Shown here in pieces: positions 12,567 through 25,350 of a stretch of 64,000 bases of DNA (position 1 is its first letter; every line of letters starts with the position of its first letter). The DNA comes from Stegostoma tigrinum. Its lineage: Eukaryota. The stretch covers positions 10,892,599-10,956,598 of the forward strand of contig NC_081360.1 of NCBI RefSeq assembly GCF_030684315.1, written 5' to 3'. A program made the translations under genes and the position numbers. Below the pieces are notes generated by a model. That model was not told where the DNA came from. It did no database searches and saw only the letters and a list, made by a program, of their open reading frames with translations.

Positions 12567-13949
12567 GTGAGGAATGTGATGTTTGATAGTTTCCCTTAAC
12601 TGGCTGAAACCTAGACAGCACAAGTATCAGACTATGCTTCAGTAGATGATGAGAAAATCATTATATGGGAATAACCTACCAGGCCTCATCCCCACCTGTC
12701 CCAGATGCATCAATTCATGGAACCATTGGTGTGAGTATCCATCAGACTGTTCTGTTATGACCCAAACTTATTTTCACACTGCAGATGTTATCCATATAGT
12801 AATAGGGAATAACAGCAGCAGATTTATTCAAGTACTTTATTTTAACAAAAAAGAAAGAGAATAAGATATAAATATAGAAGGAAACCAAAACTAAATTGAG
12901 GAGAGGCATTTATTCTGTTCAATAATAGAAGAGGAAATAACAGTATAGAAAACAACAGGACTATAAACAGATAAATATTCAGGACCTGTTAGTGTCATGC
13001 AAAGTGATGAAAATAAATGGGTGAAGGAATTATAGAAACATTATTTGCAATCTGTCAAAACTCAAATGCATTCCCTTATTTACAAATAGGATGAGAGGGA
13101 AGCCACGTGGTCAGTTTTGAAATCTGTTGTTAGGGATATAGTGACTGTTCTGAAACTATGACCAAGACTTCAGTCGTCTATCCTAATATCCTGTATGGCT
13201 CTGGATAGGGATTCTATGAAATATAGAGCAGACCACAGAGAACTAGTGTAACTTTACGAATTGTTATTTGACTAACCTATTTGAGTTATGTGAGGAAATC
13301 ATTAATGAGGCTGATGAAGGAGAGACCATGGACCTTCCCAGAAAGCATCAATTAGGTTCCACGGAAAGGGCTGAATTTAATATTTGTTTTGTTAAGTGTG
13401 AATTGCATTGAATGTTTTGAAGGGATTCTTGCTATGAAGCCCAATGACATTCTTATCAAACATGGCTTATTGATACCCCACCCCTATGGTGTCCCTCATG
13501 TCTGAATTTATCCCATCTTAACACACATTGTTCCAAGAAACAACCCATAACTTATCAGAGATTCATCATAAAATTTCTTGTGCCCATGCCATCTTTGAAA
13601 GGTTGCTCTGCAACTGGTCAAGCATTGGCAATTCAGAGTTGCCCCTCACCAACAGTGTAGTAGCATAGCAGCCATAAAACCACACTGTTGTAGGCACATG
13701 ACTGCATGGCTGACATGTCCTCGCACATCAAATCCCATTCTCCCATCATAATCGCTGTTTAACAGCCACACCACACAGAATACCTATCATTAACTGCATT
13801 CCGTCTCAACACCTTCTCTTGACCACCACTACTCTGTCCACAGTATCTACTAGACACTTGCATCTTGTCATTATCCAGTAGGGAAATATCATAGATAAGC
13901 AGTTGGGCAAGCCAAAACATGAGCTTTCATTGACAACAGTTAAATGGAT

Positions 13950-15225
13950 CAACAAAGGAAGATGGTCGTGGTTGTTGGAGGTCGGTCATCTCAGATCCAG
14001 GATTACTCTGCAGGAGTTCCTCAGGGTGGTCTCCTAAGCCCAATCATTTCCAATTGCTTCATCAATGACCTTCCATCCATCCATCAAAAGGTCAGAAGTG
14101 GAGATGTTTGCCAATGATTGCACAATGTTCAACACCATTCATGAGTCCTCAGGTACTGAAGCAGTCCGTGTCCAAATGCAACAAGATCGGGACAATTTCC
14201 ATGCTAGGGTTGACAGGTGGCAAGTAACATTCATACCATACAAATATCAGGCAATGACCATCACCAATAAGAGACAATCTAGTCACTGCCCCGTGATATT
14301 CAATGGTCCTACCATCACTGAATCCTCCGCTGTCAACAGCCTAGGGGTTACCATTGACCAGAAATTCAACTGAACTCACCACATAAGCACAGTGGCTGTA
14401 ATAACAGGTTCGATGCTTGGAATACTGTGGTGAGTCATGCACCTCCTGACTCCCCAAAGCCTGTTCAGCATCTACAAAGGCATAAGTAGGGAGTGTTGGA
14501 GATTGTAAGGACTGCAGATGCTAGAAGCTACCGTCCATAAATGTGGAGCTGGAAAAGCACAGCAGATCACATAGCATCCAACGAGCAGGAAAGTCAACAT
14601 TTTGGGCTGACAAAGGATTTTGGCCCAAAACATTGACTTTGTTGCTCCTCAGATGCTGCCCATCAGGCTGTGCTTTTCCATCTGCACATTTTATTGACAC
14701 ATGGCAAGGATGTGATGAAGTACTCCCCAGTTGTCTGGATGAGTGCAGCTCCAACTACACTTAAGAAGTTTGACACCATGCAGGACAAAGCAGCCTGCTT
14801 GATTAGCACAACATCCAAAGCATCCACTCCCTCTATCACCACTGCTCAAAGGAGCAGTCTGTATTCTCTGCAAGATGGACTGCAGAAATTCACCAAAGAT
14901 CGTCAGATAGCAACTTTCAAACTCACGACCACTTCCATTTAGAAGGACAAGGGCAGCAGGTACATGGGAACACCACAACCTTGAATTTCCCCTCCAAGCC
15001 ACTCACCATCCTAGCTTAGAAATATATCGCACCCCCCCCCCTTTCACTGGTGTTGTGTCAAAATCCTAGAATTCCCTCCCTAATGGCATCATGGATCAAA
15101 CCACAGCAACTAAACTGCAAAGTTTCAAGAAGGCACTTTAACCACCACCTTCTGAAGGCCAACTGGGGACGGGCATTAAGTACTGGCCACCAGTGACAAC
15201 CACGTCATACAAATGAATAAATAAA
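13950..15225 (+). mobile_element. CR1/L2-group LINE 3' half (RT), interrupted by a fold-back element at ~14500-14698
   Basis: GVPQG.LLSPI..CFIND, EMFANDCTMF, W..RWQVTF, LGVTIDQKFN and MKYSPVVWMSA, followed by an (ATGAATAA)-type tail. Confidence 0.8.
14500..14698. mobile_element. Fold-back Penelope-terminus mini-element (old, diverged)
   Basis: Left arm aaatgtggagctggaaaagcacagc...gtcaacattttgggc; right arm gcccaaaacattgac...gctgtgcttttccatctgcacattt is its reverse complement. Confidence 0.7.
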
Positions 15226-15239
15226 AAATAAATAGATTT

Positions 15240-15680
15240 TGAGGGGGAAGAAAAGCACTCTGTCCCCTGCAGTGCCCACCTCTTCCTAAAGGCATCAAGA
15301 GCATTGATGGATACATTGGTGCTCTCTCTTCAAGGTTACCTCGGTTCGAATGTAACTATGGAAGGGGGCAGGCAGCCAGCAGAAATGACCCTGTCCACAG
15401 TTTGCCACCTGGACCCATTTATTGCCAGCCCAGCAAGGCTCAGACCTGCAAGGAGGTGCTTCGATCTGCCCACACCTGTCTGTACCAGGTGCCTAAAGAC
15501 TAAGAGTTGGGGCTGAAGTGCAACCAAAATCACAACAGAAGGTTTTTTTCAAAAGAAGGAAGAGCAAACGCCCACAAACAATATATACATGGTCCATGGA
15601 GTCCACAGCACCGCAGAATAAACAGTTCGTCTGGGAGTCTGTGAATTGCCACAATCTACAGTTTTGATTAAACATTGTAT
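15240..15680 (-). mobile_element. Tx1-like (L1 clade) ORF2 C-terminal fragment
   Basis: FTDSQTNCLFCGAVDSMDHVYIVCGRL (CCHC zinc knuckle), followed by FWLHFSP-like and LLAGLSLAGLAINGSR segments typical of Tx1 ORF2 C-termini. Confidence 0.65.
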
Positions 15681-17203
15681 GACTTGGAAAAGAAATAGAA
15701 AGATAATTAGACTTGTCTAAAGGTTGGACAGGCTATCCCACTTTTATTTTTGAAATCAAAAGTAGAGGAGTGATCTAATAAGATAACACAGTGTGAAGCT
15801 GGAGGAACACAGCAGGCCAGCAGCGTTAGTGGAGCAGGAAACTGACATTTTGGGTCAGGACGCTTCAGTGACCTCATAGTTGTCTTCAGTGTTATGAAGA
15901 TGTTTGGTAAAGGAATATAGATGGAAAATTAGAGGGTTAGGAGGTGGCTCATGAAACATCAGAACGTTGAGGGACTATTGAAGTCAAAAATCCCCTTTCT
16001 ATACATTTTATTTAGTAAACATGTTCTGTTTGCCATTTTCATAGGGAGTAATCAAGGGTTGCTTTAAAACATTTTCCCTGTCATTTCATATCAGTTCAAA
16101 AAGCCCCAGAAATCTTCATACAAAAAAAATTCTGATATTCTTCTTTTCATCAAGTGCTTCTCTTGAAGCATTATAACACTCTGCCTGTGACCTAGGCTAT
16201 TACAGGAGATTTCTTTCTGGAAATGTACCAGCATTAAGACCTGAGCAAACTGACAATTTTTGGATTTGTTTCAAAATACAAATTAGAATATGAGATCTTT
16301 TAAAAATTTGTCACCCCTGCCCCACACATATTCTTTTAACCTGGAAAAGACATTTTATTAAAAAATGTTTTAATGAAAGTAGATATTCTAAATTAGACCT
16401 GAATCTACAAAGCAAAATACACTAACTTTTTTCTTGATTTCATTGACTTAAACTTAAGGATATGTTTTGATAAATGTTTCTCAATGGAAAGGATCTATTA
16501 TAGAACTGAATTTTTAATTTAAAAAATTAGTTCCATTTTAGACATTTTTGCATTTAATATCAATTTATAAATATTGATTCATCCTCAGATATTCCTATCT
16601 TGTTGTACTTTACTAATCTGTGAGCCCCTGATATTTATTGAATTGTGGACATCTGGATCTAATCGGTGTCACAAAATGTCAGGACTTGAATATTTAAGGC
16701 CAATGGCCTAGTCCAATGTGTTATTACAAACTTAATTCTGAAGATGAGATACAATATCAATGTCAACATAATAGGATGAATATTAATCATGTTAGTTCTG
16801 CAGGTCATGATCTCAGCTTCAAACTGACTTCTGAAACTCTGTTTCCAGACTGAACAACATATACTAGTTTTTATGTGAACCTCTGAATAACACTCTGGAT
16901 TAATAAATTAAAATCAATTGCCATGAATAATCAAATATTCCATTATCGTTCTCTAATGGTTCTATCAGTTCAATGGATAGTGAACGAAATGGAGCCTGGT
17001 CTATTCTGCCTCAAGGAATTCCTTTCTTTGAATAAAACAATCAAATAAACCAGTTCTTCCCAGAGTTAGACACCTTCTGGCATTCGTTGCGCTTTGATGA
17101 GGTGGATTTCTGATTGAAAAATAAAAATAAAAGAATGCAACAAGACAAAATGAACAAAAAAAATGATACCATAATCTCATTCTATGAATCCTTTTTTCTG
17201 CAG

Positions 17204-17389
17204 TGGCAACATGCTAGCTACCACCAGTGGAGACAAAACAGTGAAGATTTGGGATTTTACAAAAGTTGAATGTGCATCCACATTTACTGGCCATCTTCAT
17301 GCTGTCTGGGGCTGTTCGTGGCACAGCTGTGGTGATTTTGTAGCATCTTGTTCCATGGATAACACTATTAAGATCTGGGATATTAACAG
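17204..17389 (+). CDS. SPAG16: Internal coding exon of sperm-associated antigen 16 (WD40 central-apparatus protein, PF20 orthologue)
   Basis: Polypyrimidine tract and acceptor cttttttctgcag| (AG 17202-17203), donor AG|gtaagg (GT 17390-17391). 186 bp, phase 2 at both ends. Encodes GNMLATTSGDKTVKIWD...TFTGHLHAVWGCSWHSCGDFVASCSMDNTIKIWDIN, i.e. the end of one WD40 repeat plus a complete GH...WD repeat. The WHSCG(D/N)FVAS motif is one I recognise from SPAG16. The ATG at 17184 in the ORF track is intronic. Confidence 0.88.
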
Positions 17390-17410
17390 GTAAGGAATTT
17401 GTTTTTGTGT

Positions 17411-17659
17411 GTACAAAAACAAAGTTGCTGGAGAAGCTCAGCAGATCTGGCAGCATCTGTGAAGGAGAAAACAGAGTTAATGTTTTGGGTCCGGTGACCC
17501 GCCCTCAGAAGTGGGGACTCAGAACCAGTTCTGAGGAATGGTCACCCGACCCGAAACCTTAACTCTCTTTTCTCCTTCACAGATGCTGCCAGACCTGCTG
17601 AGCTTTTCCAGCAACTTTGTTTTTGTTGCTGATTTACAGCATCTGCAGTTCTTTTGGTT
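17411..17659. mobile_element. Fold-back Penelope-terminus mini-element with hammerhead motifs on both strands
   Basis: Arms of about 95 bp (17413-17510 and 17529-17626) are reverse complements. Flanking 13-bp direct repeat tttgtttttgtgt (17398-17410) / tttgcttttgtgt (17660-17672). Confidence 0.85.
17527..17564 (+). ncRNA. Minimal type-I hammerhead ribozyme motif (one core mismatch)
   Basis: agtt-CTGAGGA-a-tGGTC accc GACCc-GAAA-c-CTT-aact. Helix I agtt/aact, helix II GGTC/GACC. The family consensus would be GAAACGTT. Confidence 0.6.
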
Positions 17660-18379
17660 TTTGCTTTTGTGTAGTTCACATAGGATGTTACTTTCCACTG
17701 ACAAATATAAGTAATCAGTCAATGATTTTGCAGGATAGCTCTTAGCATCAGTAACTCAGCTTACACTTGATCTTGGTGTCTGTTCTTATCTCGATCTTGC
17801 AAAAGTATGCATTAAACGTCACTGTCTCAGTGTGAAAAACAGCAAAGAAAATTGTGGCAAGGCATTGTTTTTGAAGGCTTCAAATGAATATTTGTGGAGG
17901 ACCGAAATTTTGTCGTTGTGGTTCATATGCATCTCTCTTGTGATAACTGACTTGCAAGTACTTCAGATTATTCATCATGGAATCATAGGGTAGAATTTTT
18001 CGGAAAATGACATTTCCCACCTCATCACCAGAGATTCATCAAGGAACACACCTATGCCAAAACTAGCTGTCCCACAACCATTTAATGCCCTAAAGTGGCA
18101 TTAAATGCCCTACTTGGCTGGACATGGGATTTCTGCCCCTCACTCAGCAATTGTCCTCTCTCGGAGAACAGGGGTCAATCAGATTGGCCATCAGCTTTGT
18201 AGTCTCAACAGGGCCAATAGTAGTATTGGCCAGATTCAGATGTAGAAGACAGGACCCCCATAAGTCAAGCCAGTTGTAATCTCTCCCATTTTAGTCTTTC
18301 TTTTTGAAGCTTCCCTAATTATGTGCAGGAATGTTACTCCATGGGTCCACAGTGAACACTACCTGACATTTAGAATCTA

Positions 18380-18607
18380 GAGATAACAAGGTGTAAAGCT
18401 AGATGAACACAGCAGGCCAAGCAGCATCAGAGGAGCAGGAAGGCTGACATTTCGGGCCTAGACCCTTCCTCAGAAACTTCTGAAGTAGGGTCTAGGCCTG
18501 GAACGTCAGCCTTCTTGCTCCTCTGATGCTGCTTAGCCTACTGTGTTCATCCAGCTGTACGCTGTGTTATCTCAGATTCTCCAGCATTTGTAGTTCCTAC
18601 TATCTCT
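18380..18607. mobile_element. Fold-back Penelope-terminus mini-element
   Basis: gagataac...agacccttcctcagaa (18380-18475) is the reverse complement of ttctgaagtagggtct...gttatctc (18478-18573), followed by a ~35-nt tail. Hammerhead cores in both arms carry mutations. Confidence 0.85.
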
Positions 18608-18925
18608 CAGTCACTGAATTTATTTCTGCAGTCATCTCTTAACTGTAGCAGTCCTCTTTTAAAATACAGACAGTGAAGTTAAAAGTTCAGTATATTTATG
18701 AGTAGGTTTTGATTCATTGTCATGCTACGTTGGACACTTCTGTTGAATCTTTTTTCAACCTTCACTTCTCAAAGAAGTGTAACCTCAGTATCTGTAATCT
18801 ATCCATATAGATGAAGTCTCCAATATCTTCACATCCTTCCTAAAGTATTGTGCTCAACATTGAACACAATACTGCAGCTGAGGTCAAACCAATCTTGTAA
18901 TTCCTGGGTGTGCTGTTTTCTACAT

Positions 18926-19518
18926 TGTAAGAACTCCATTTGATAATCAGAAAGAGAATGGTGGTAGAGAAGGATCGTATGAATCAGTCAACATCAATTA
19001 AATTCTTTATTCACTGTGTAACAAAATTATTCTTTCTGAAAAGTGACCGAGAAGTTCAACTCTCAGTTCAAGCCTACTCTCGTGGTTTTGGTGCTGATGG
19101 ACAGAACTTTGTTCCCAGAGTGGATGTCTCAGAGATTGACTGGAATGTTATCAGGCCCCGAGTCACCTCTTTTGTGAGCCCCTGCCACCATCACAAGCCA
19201 ATCAGACACTTGTTAAGCCACTGACAGTTGAAGGATTCCAGGTCCACTAGCCAATCAGAGACTAACAGCTCTTTGAACTGCAGTGTCAGTAGAGAGGGTT
19301 TGCTGCTGCTGGAAAGAATCAACTGAGTTCCCTGACCCTGACCACAGCTGGGTGATGGTGGGATGCTGTTCATGGATTTGGAGTCACAGGGGAAGAAGTT
19401 GTGCAAGGGTGATCAGCAAAGTCAGGATGGCTTTCAATATGGCCCTTCCTTATCCATTGCTTTGTCCCTCATTCAACTGAGGATCTCTGAATGCAGAGCC
19501 CCTAGGGGCCACCAGACA
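18926..19518 (-). mobile_element. Solo LTR (593 bp) with perfect 5-bp TSD
   Basis: Begins TG and ends CA, flanked by TACAT at 18921-18925 and 19519-19523. AATAAA on the minus strand at ~19006-19011 and two ccaatcaga boxes. Confidence 0.7.
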
Positions 19519-20873
19519 TACATGCCAAAGTTTTCTTGTCACATAGTGAGCCCTCCTCCTGCCACTAGATTACTACTAATAGAGGCTGCATAAGGGCCTT
19601 AACTAAACGTTAATTTTTTCACTTAAGGGCTTTAAATGGTGGTGGGTTGGCAAAACAACCCATGGGCCTTCCCACCATTTACTTATTTGGATTGAATATA
19701 GGATAGTGATGGATTCCCCACCATCAACCATATGGCCATGTAAACAACCAAATGCCTGATTACATGGCCACCAAACATGTCAAGGAGGAGGGCACAAGTT
19801 TTGATCTAGTGTGTGCAGTAGTTTTATCAGTGCTAGTTTGTGTTTGCATATCGACAATAAATGAAAAGGGGTTCCATGAGATTATGTACTGGAATGGACA
19901 GGTTTAGTTGATCTATATTCAATTTGCCCAAGAAAATTTCTAACAAAATACAGTGGCAAATAAATAAACAGTTTTCCTGATTTACAATTTATGATTGTCT
20001 CGGACATTAGCAACAGTATTGTGGACTTATGTGAATGGTGTTCTAAATTGGAGGAAGGCCAATTTTGTCAGTATTCGGCAAGAACTTTTGAAAGTTGACT
20101 GGGGGTGGATATTCGCAGGTAAAGGGATAGCTTAAAAATAGGATGCCTTCAAAATGGGATAACAAGAGTCCAGAAACTGTCTGTTCCTGTTAGGGTGAAG
20201 GGCAAGACTGGTAGGTGAAGGGAATGCTGGGTGATTAGAGAAGTTGAGGTTTTCTCAAGAATAAGAAGGAAACGTGTGTCAGGTATAGACAACAGGGATT
20301 GAGTGAATCCCTAGAAGTGTGCAAAGGCAGTAGGAGTATGCTTAAGAGGGAAATCAGGAGGACAGAAAGGGAACATGAGATAGCTTTAACAAATAGATTA
20401 ATGAGAATCCCAAGGGATTCTACAAATACAAATTCTACAAATATTAAGGGCAAAAGTGGAACAACGAAAAGAGTAGGGTCCTTTATAAACCAGCAAGGCC
20501 ATCTTTGTGTGGAACTGCAAGAAATGGAGGAGATAATAAAGAAGTATTTTGCATCATTGTTTACTGTGGAGAAGGATATGGAAGATAGAGAACATGATCA
20601 AATAAATAATGACATCTTGAAAAATGTCCATAATACAGAGGAGGAGGTGCTAGACATCTTAAAAAGGTGTAAAGGTCGATAAATCCCCAGGACTGATCAG
20701 GTGTACCCTAGAACTCTGTGGGAAGCTAGGGAAATGATTGCTGGGCCCCTTGCAGAGATATTTGTATTATCAGTAGCCACAGGTGAGGTGCCTGAAGACT
20801 TGAGGTTGGCTAACATGGTGCCACTATTTGAGAAAGATGGCAAGGAAAAGTCAGGGAACTATAAACTAGTGAG

Positions 20874-21703
20874 GTTAAAATTGTGCACCTTCCCCTGCAA
20901 CCGCAGGAAGTGCTACACTTGCTCCCACACCTCCTCCCTCACCCACATCCCAGGCCCCAAGATGTCTTTCCATATTAAGCAGATGTTCACCTGCACATCT
21001 GCCAATGTGGTATACTGTGCCCACTGTACCCGATGTGGCTTCCTTTACAGTGGGGAAACCAAGCGGAGGCTTGGGGACCGCGTTGCAGAACACCTCCGCT
21101 CGGTTCGCAATGAACAACTGCACCTCCCAGTCGCAAACCATTTTAACTCTCCCTCCCATTCCACAGACGACATGTCCATCATGGGCCTCCTGCAGTGCCA
21201 CAATGAAGCCATCTGAGTTTGCAGGAACAGCAACTCATATTCCGCTTGGGAACCCTGCAGCCCAATGGTATCAATGTGGACTTCACAAGCTTCAAAATCT
21301 CCCCTTCCCTAACTCCATCCCAAAACCAGCCCAGCTCGTCCCCTCCCCCCACTGCATCCCAAAACCAGCCCAGCTTGTCTCCGCCTCCCTAACCTGTTCT
21401 TCCTCTCACCTATCCCTTCCTCCCACCTCAAGCCACACCTCCATTTCCTACCTACTAACCTCATCCCACCTCCTTGACCTGTCCATCTTCCCTGGACTGA
21501 CCTATCCCCTCCCCACCTATACTGTCCTCTCCACCTATCTTCTTTTCTCTCCATCTTCGGTCCGCCTCCCCCTCTCTCCCTATTTATCTAGAACCCCCTC
21601 CCCATCCCCTCTCTGATGAAGGGTCTAGGACCGAAAAGTCAGCTTTTGTGCTCCTGAGATGCTGCTTGGCCTACTGTGTTCATCCAGCTTCACACTTTGT
21701 TAT
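20874..21703 (+). mobile_element. 5'-truncated Penelope-like element (GIY-YIG and terminus) with 15-bp TSD
   Basis: FPCNRRKCYTC...NVVYCAHCTRCGFLYSGETKRRLGDRVAEH; hammerhead motif at 21613-21640. TSD ctataaactagtgag (20859-20873) / ctataaaccagtgag (21704-21718). Confidence 0.92.
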
Positions 21704-22538
21704 CTATAAACCAGTGAGCTTGACATCAGTGGTGGGCAAGTTGTTGGAGGAATCTTGAGGAACAGGATTTACATATATTTGGAAAGGCTTGGATGGATTA
21801 GGGATAGTCAACATGGCTTTTTGCATGGGAAATCATGTCTCACTAAATTGATTAAGTTTTTTGAAGAAGTAATGAAGAGGATTGATGAGGGCTGAGTGGT
21901 GGATGTGATCTACATGGACTTCAGTAAGGCATTCAATGAGGCTGTTTGTGGTAGACTGTAATTAGCAAGGATAAATAACCTGAAATACAGGCAGAACCAG
22001 CCATCTGGATATAGAGCTGGCTTGAAGGTAGAAGACAGAGGGTGGTGGTGGAGGGTTCCTTTCAGACTGGAGGTCTGTGATCCAGTGATGTGCCACAAGG
22101 ATCGGCCCTGGATCCAGTGCTTTTTGTCATTTATACAAATGACTTGGATGTGAAAATAGGAGGTATGGTTGGTAAGTTAGCAGATGACACCAAAATTGGT
22201 GGTGTAGTTGACAGCAAAGAAGATTACCTCAGAGTTTGGTGGGACCTTGATCAGATGGGCCAATTGGCCAAGGAGTTGCAGATGGAGTTTAAACTGGATA
22301 CATGTGGGATGCTGCATTTTGGAAAGGCAAATCAGTGCAGGACTTATGTACTTAGTGGTAAGGTCCTGGGGAGTATTGCTGAGCAAAGAGGCCATAGAGT
22401 GTAGTTTCATAGTTCCTTGAATGTGAAGTCCCAAGTAGATGGAATAGTGAGGAAGGCTTTGGTATGCTTGTCTTTATTGGGTCAGTGTGCATTGAGTATC
22501 GGAGTTGGGAGGTTATGTGGCGGCTGTACAGGATATTG

Positions 22539-25350
22539 AACAAAGAACAAACAAAGAACAGGGCACAAAACAGCTAAGGAACAGGCCCTTTTGCCCGCCA
22601 AGCCTGCTCTAACACATTTTGCTCTTCCATGTTAAAATTGTCTTCACTTTCAGGACCCATATCCCTCTATTCTCTTCCTATTCATGGATTCACCCAGATG
22701 CTTCTTGAATGCTGCTTTTGTGTCCACTTCCAACACCTCTTCTGACAATGTGTCCCAGGCACTCACTACCTTTGTGTGAAAAATTTGTCTCACACATCTG
22801 TTTTAAACTTCCCCCTCGCACCTTGAACCTGTGTCCTCTCGTAATTTATCCCTCCACCCGGGGAAGAAAACCTCATACTTTACATTCTATCCATTTGGGC
22901 AGCACAGTGGCTCAATGGTTAGCACTGCAGCCTCACAACGCCAGGGACCTGGGTTCGATTCCAGCCTCGGGTAACTGTGCAGAGTTTGTACATTCTCCCC
23001 GTGTCTGCGTGGGTTTCCTCTGGGTGCTCCGGTTTCCTCCCACAAAGATGTGCAGGGTAGGTGAATCGGCCATGCTAAATTGCCCGTAGTGTTCAGGGGT
23101 GTGTGGGATGCTCCAAGGAGCAGTGTGGACTTGTTGGGCCAAAGGGCCTGTTTCCACACTGTAGGGAATCTAATCTAATCTCATCCATACCATTCACAGT
23201 CTTATAACTTCTATTAGGTCTCCCCTCAATCTCCTGCATTCCAGTGAAAATAAACCCAGTCTAACCAACCTTTCTTCATAGCTAAAATCCCCCATAGCAA
23301 GCAAGATCCTGGTAAACCTTTTCTGTACCGTCTCCAAAGCATCCACATCCTTCTGGTAGTGTGGTGATCAGAACTGTACACAATATTCCAAGTATGGCCT
23401 ATCTAAAGTTCCATAAAGCTGCAGTGTAACTTATACTCAGTACCCCTTCTAATGAAGTCAAGTATGCTATAAATGTTTTTACTGCCTTATTTTCCATGTG
23501 CTGCCACCTTGCATGATCTGTGGACCCACGAACTCAGATCTCTCTGCATATCAATACTCCGAAGGTTTCTCCCATTCACCATATAATTTCCACCAGTACT
23601 CGACCTTCCAAAATGCATCACTTCAATTTGTCCAGATTAAACTCCACCTGCCATTTTTCTGCCCAGGCCTCCAACTGGCCTGTGTCCTGCTGTATTTTCT
23701 GAAAATTCTACCCAGTATCTGCAACTCCACCAATCTTTGTATCATTCACACCCTTACTAATTAGCCCAGCTATGTTTTCCTCCAAATCATTTATGTTGAT
23801 CATGAACAACAGAGATCCCAGTACTGATCGTTGTGGAACGCCACCTAGACACAGCCCTCCATTCCAAAAAGCATCCTTTCACTGCCAAACCCTGCATCCT
23901 ATGACTAAGCCAGTTCTGTATCCATCTTGCTAGCTCACCCCGATACCATGTGACTTCATCTTTTGTACCTGTCTGCCATGAGTAACCTTGTCAAAGACTT
24001 TACTGAAATCCATGTAGACATCAACTGTTTTCCCCTTATCAATCATCTTTGTCACCAAAAAACTCAATCAAGTTAGTGAGGCATGATCTCTCCTGCACAA
24101 AACCATGCTGTCTATCACTAATATGTCCATTTGATTCTAAATGCATATAGATCTTGGCTCTGAGAATCTTTTCCAATAATTTACCGATCACTGATGTGAG
24201 ATTCACAGGCCTGTAATTTCCTGGTTTATCCCTGCTGCCCTTCTTAAACAACATTCGTTATTCTCCAGTCATCTGGGACCTCACCTGTGCCCAAACATAA
24301 TACAAAGATGGCTGTCAATGCTCCAGCAATTTGTTCTCTTAGCTCTGTCAGAATACTGGGATAGATCCCATCAGGACCCGGGGGCTTATCTATCATAACA
24401 CTTCTTAAGACACACAATACCTCTTCCGTTTTAATAGCAACTTGGCTTAAAAGCTCAACACTCCTTTCCTGACATCGTCCTCTGCCAATTTGTCCTCTTT
24501 GGTGAATACTGACACAATGTATTTGTTTAGGACCTCACCTACTTCTTCTGGTTCCAGCCATAGATTCCCTCCTTTGTCCTTGAGTGGGTAAACCCTTTCC
24601 CTGCCTACCCTCTTGCTTCTTATATATGTATAAACAGCCTTGGGATTCTCCTTAATCCTGTTTGCTAATGACTTTTCAGACTCCTTTTAGCCCATCTAAT
24701 TCCTTGTTTACGTTCTTTCCTACTTTCCTTCTCTACTTCAAGGGCTTTGTCAGTTCCCATCCTCCCAGACCATACGTATGCTTCCTTTTCCTTTCTGATC
24801 AAGGTCATAACATCCCTGGTCATCCAAGGTTTACATAACTTGCCATACCTAATTTTCATTCTCACAAGTAATGTGCCTCTCCTGAACTCTTTATCAACTG
24901 CCATTTGAAATATTCCCACATATCTGATGTAGATTTACCCTCAAAGAGCCGCCTTCAATCAAAATTCTTCAGTTCTTGTCTAATATTTTTGTAGTTCATC
25001 TTTCCCCAATTTAACACGTTCACCCAAGAACTGCTGTTATCCCTATTCATGAGTATCTTAAAATTCACAGTATTATAGTCACTACTCCCAAAGGGCTCCC
25101 CCACCTAAACTTCACTCACCTGGCCAGACTCATTTAGCAAAAATAGGCCCAGTATAACTCCTTGCCTGGTTGGGTTGTTTACATATTGTGTCAAGAATCC
25201 CTCCTGAATGGTCCTTACAAATTCTCCCCCATTCAATCTCTCTACATATTCTCTCCTCTAACTCCCGCCAGCTCTTGGGGGGCCTGTAGTGTATCCCGAG
25301 CATTGTGATTTCACCTTTCCTATTCCTCCTCTGAGAAATCCTTCCTCCGC
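22539..25350 (-). mobile_element. CR1 LINE (antisense), endonuclease through 3' tail, containing an HE1 SINE
   Basis: Minus-strand LFKKGSRDKPGNYRPVNLTSVIGKLLEK...QHGFVQERSCLTNLIEFF. (TTCTTTGT)-like tail at 22539-22560. Confidence 0.88.
22897..23180 (+). mobile_element. HE1-like SINE nested in the antisense CR1
   Basis: Same head and core as 7816-8131, with B box GGTTCGATTCC. atccat duplicated at 22889-22894 and 23183-23188. Confidence 0.9.

Noticed and set aside
20701-21216. 171-aa ORF fusing CR1 ORF2 to a GIY-YIG domain as a novel chimeric gene
   Set aside because: It is an accidental in-frame junction at the Penelope insertion site. Both parts are decayed (YSG in place of YIG) and the TSD explains it.
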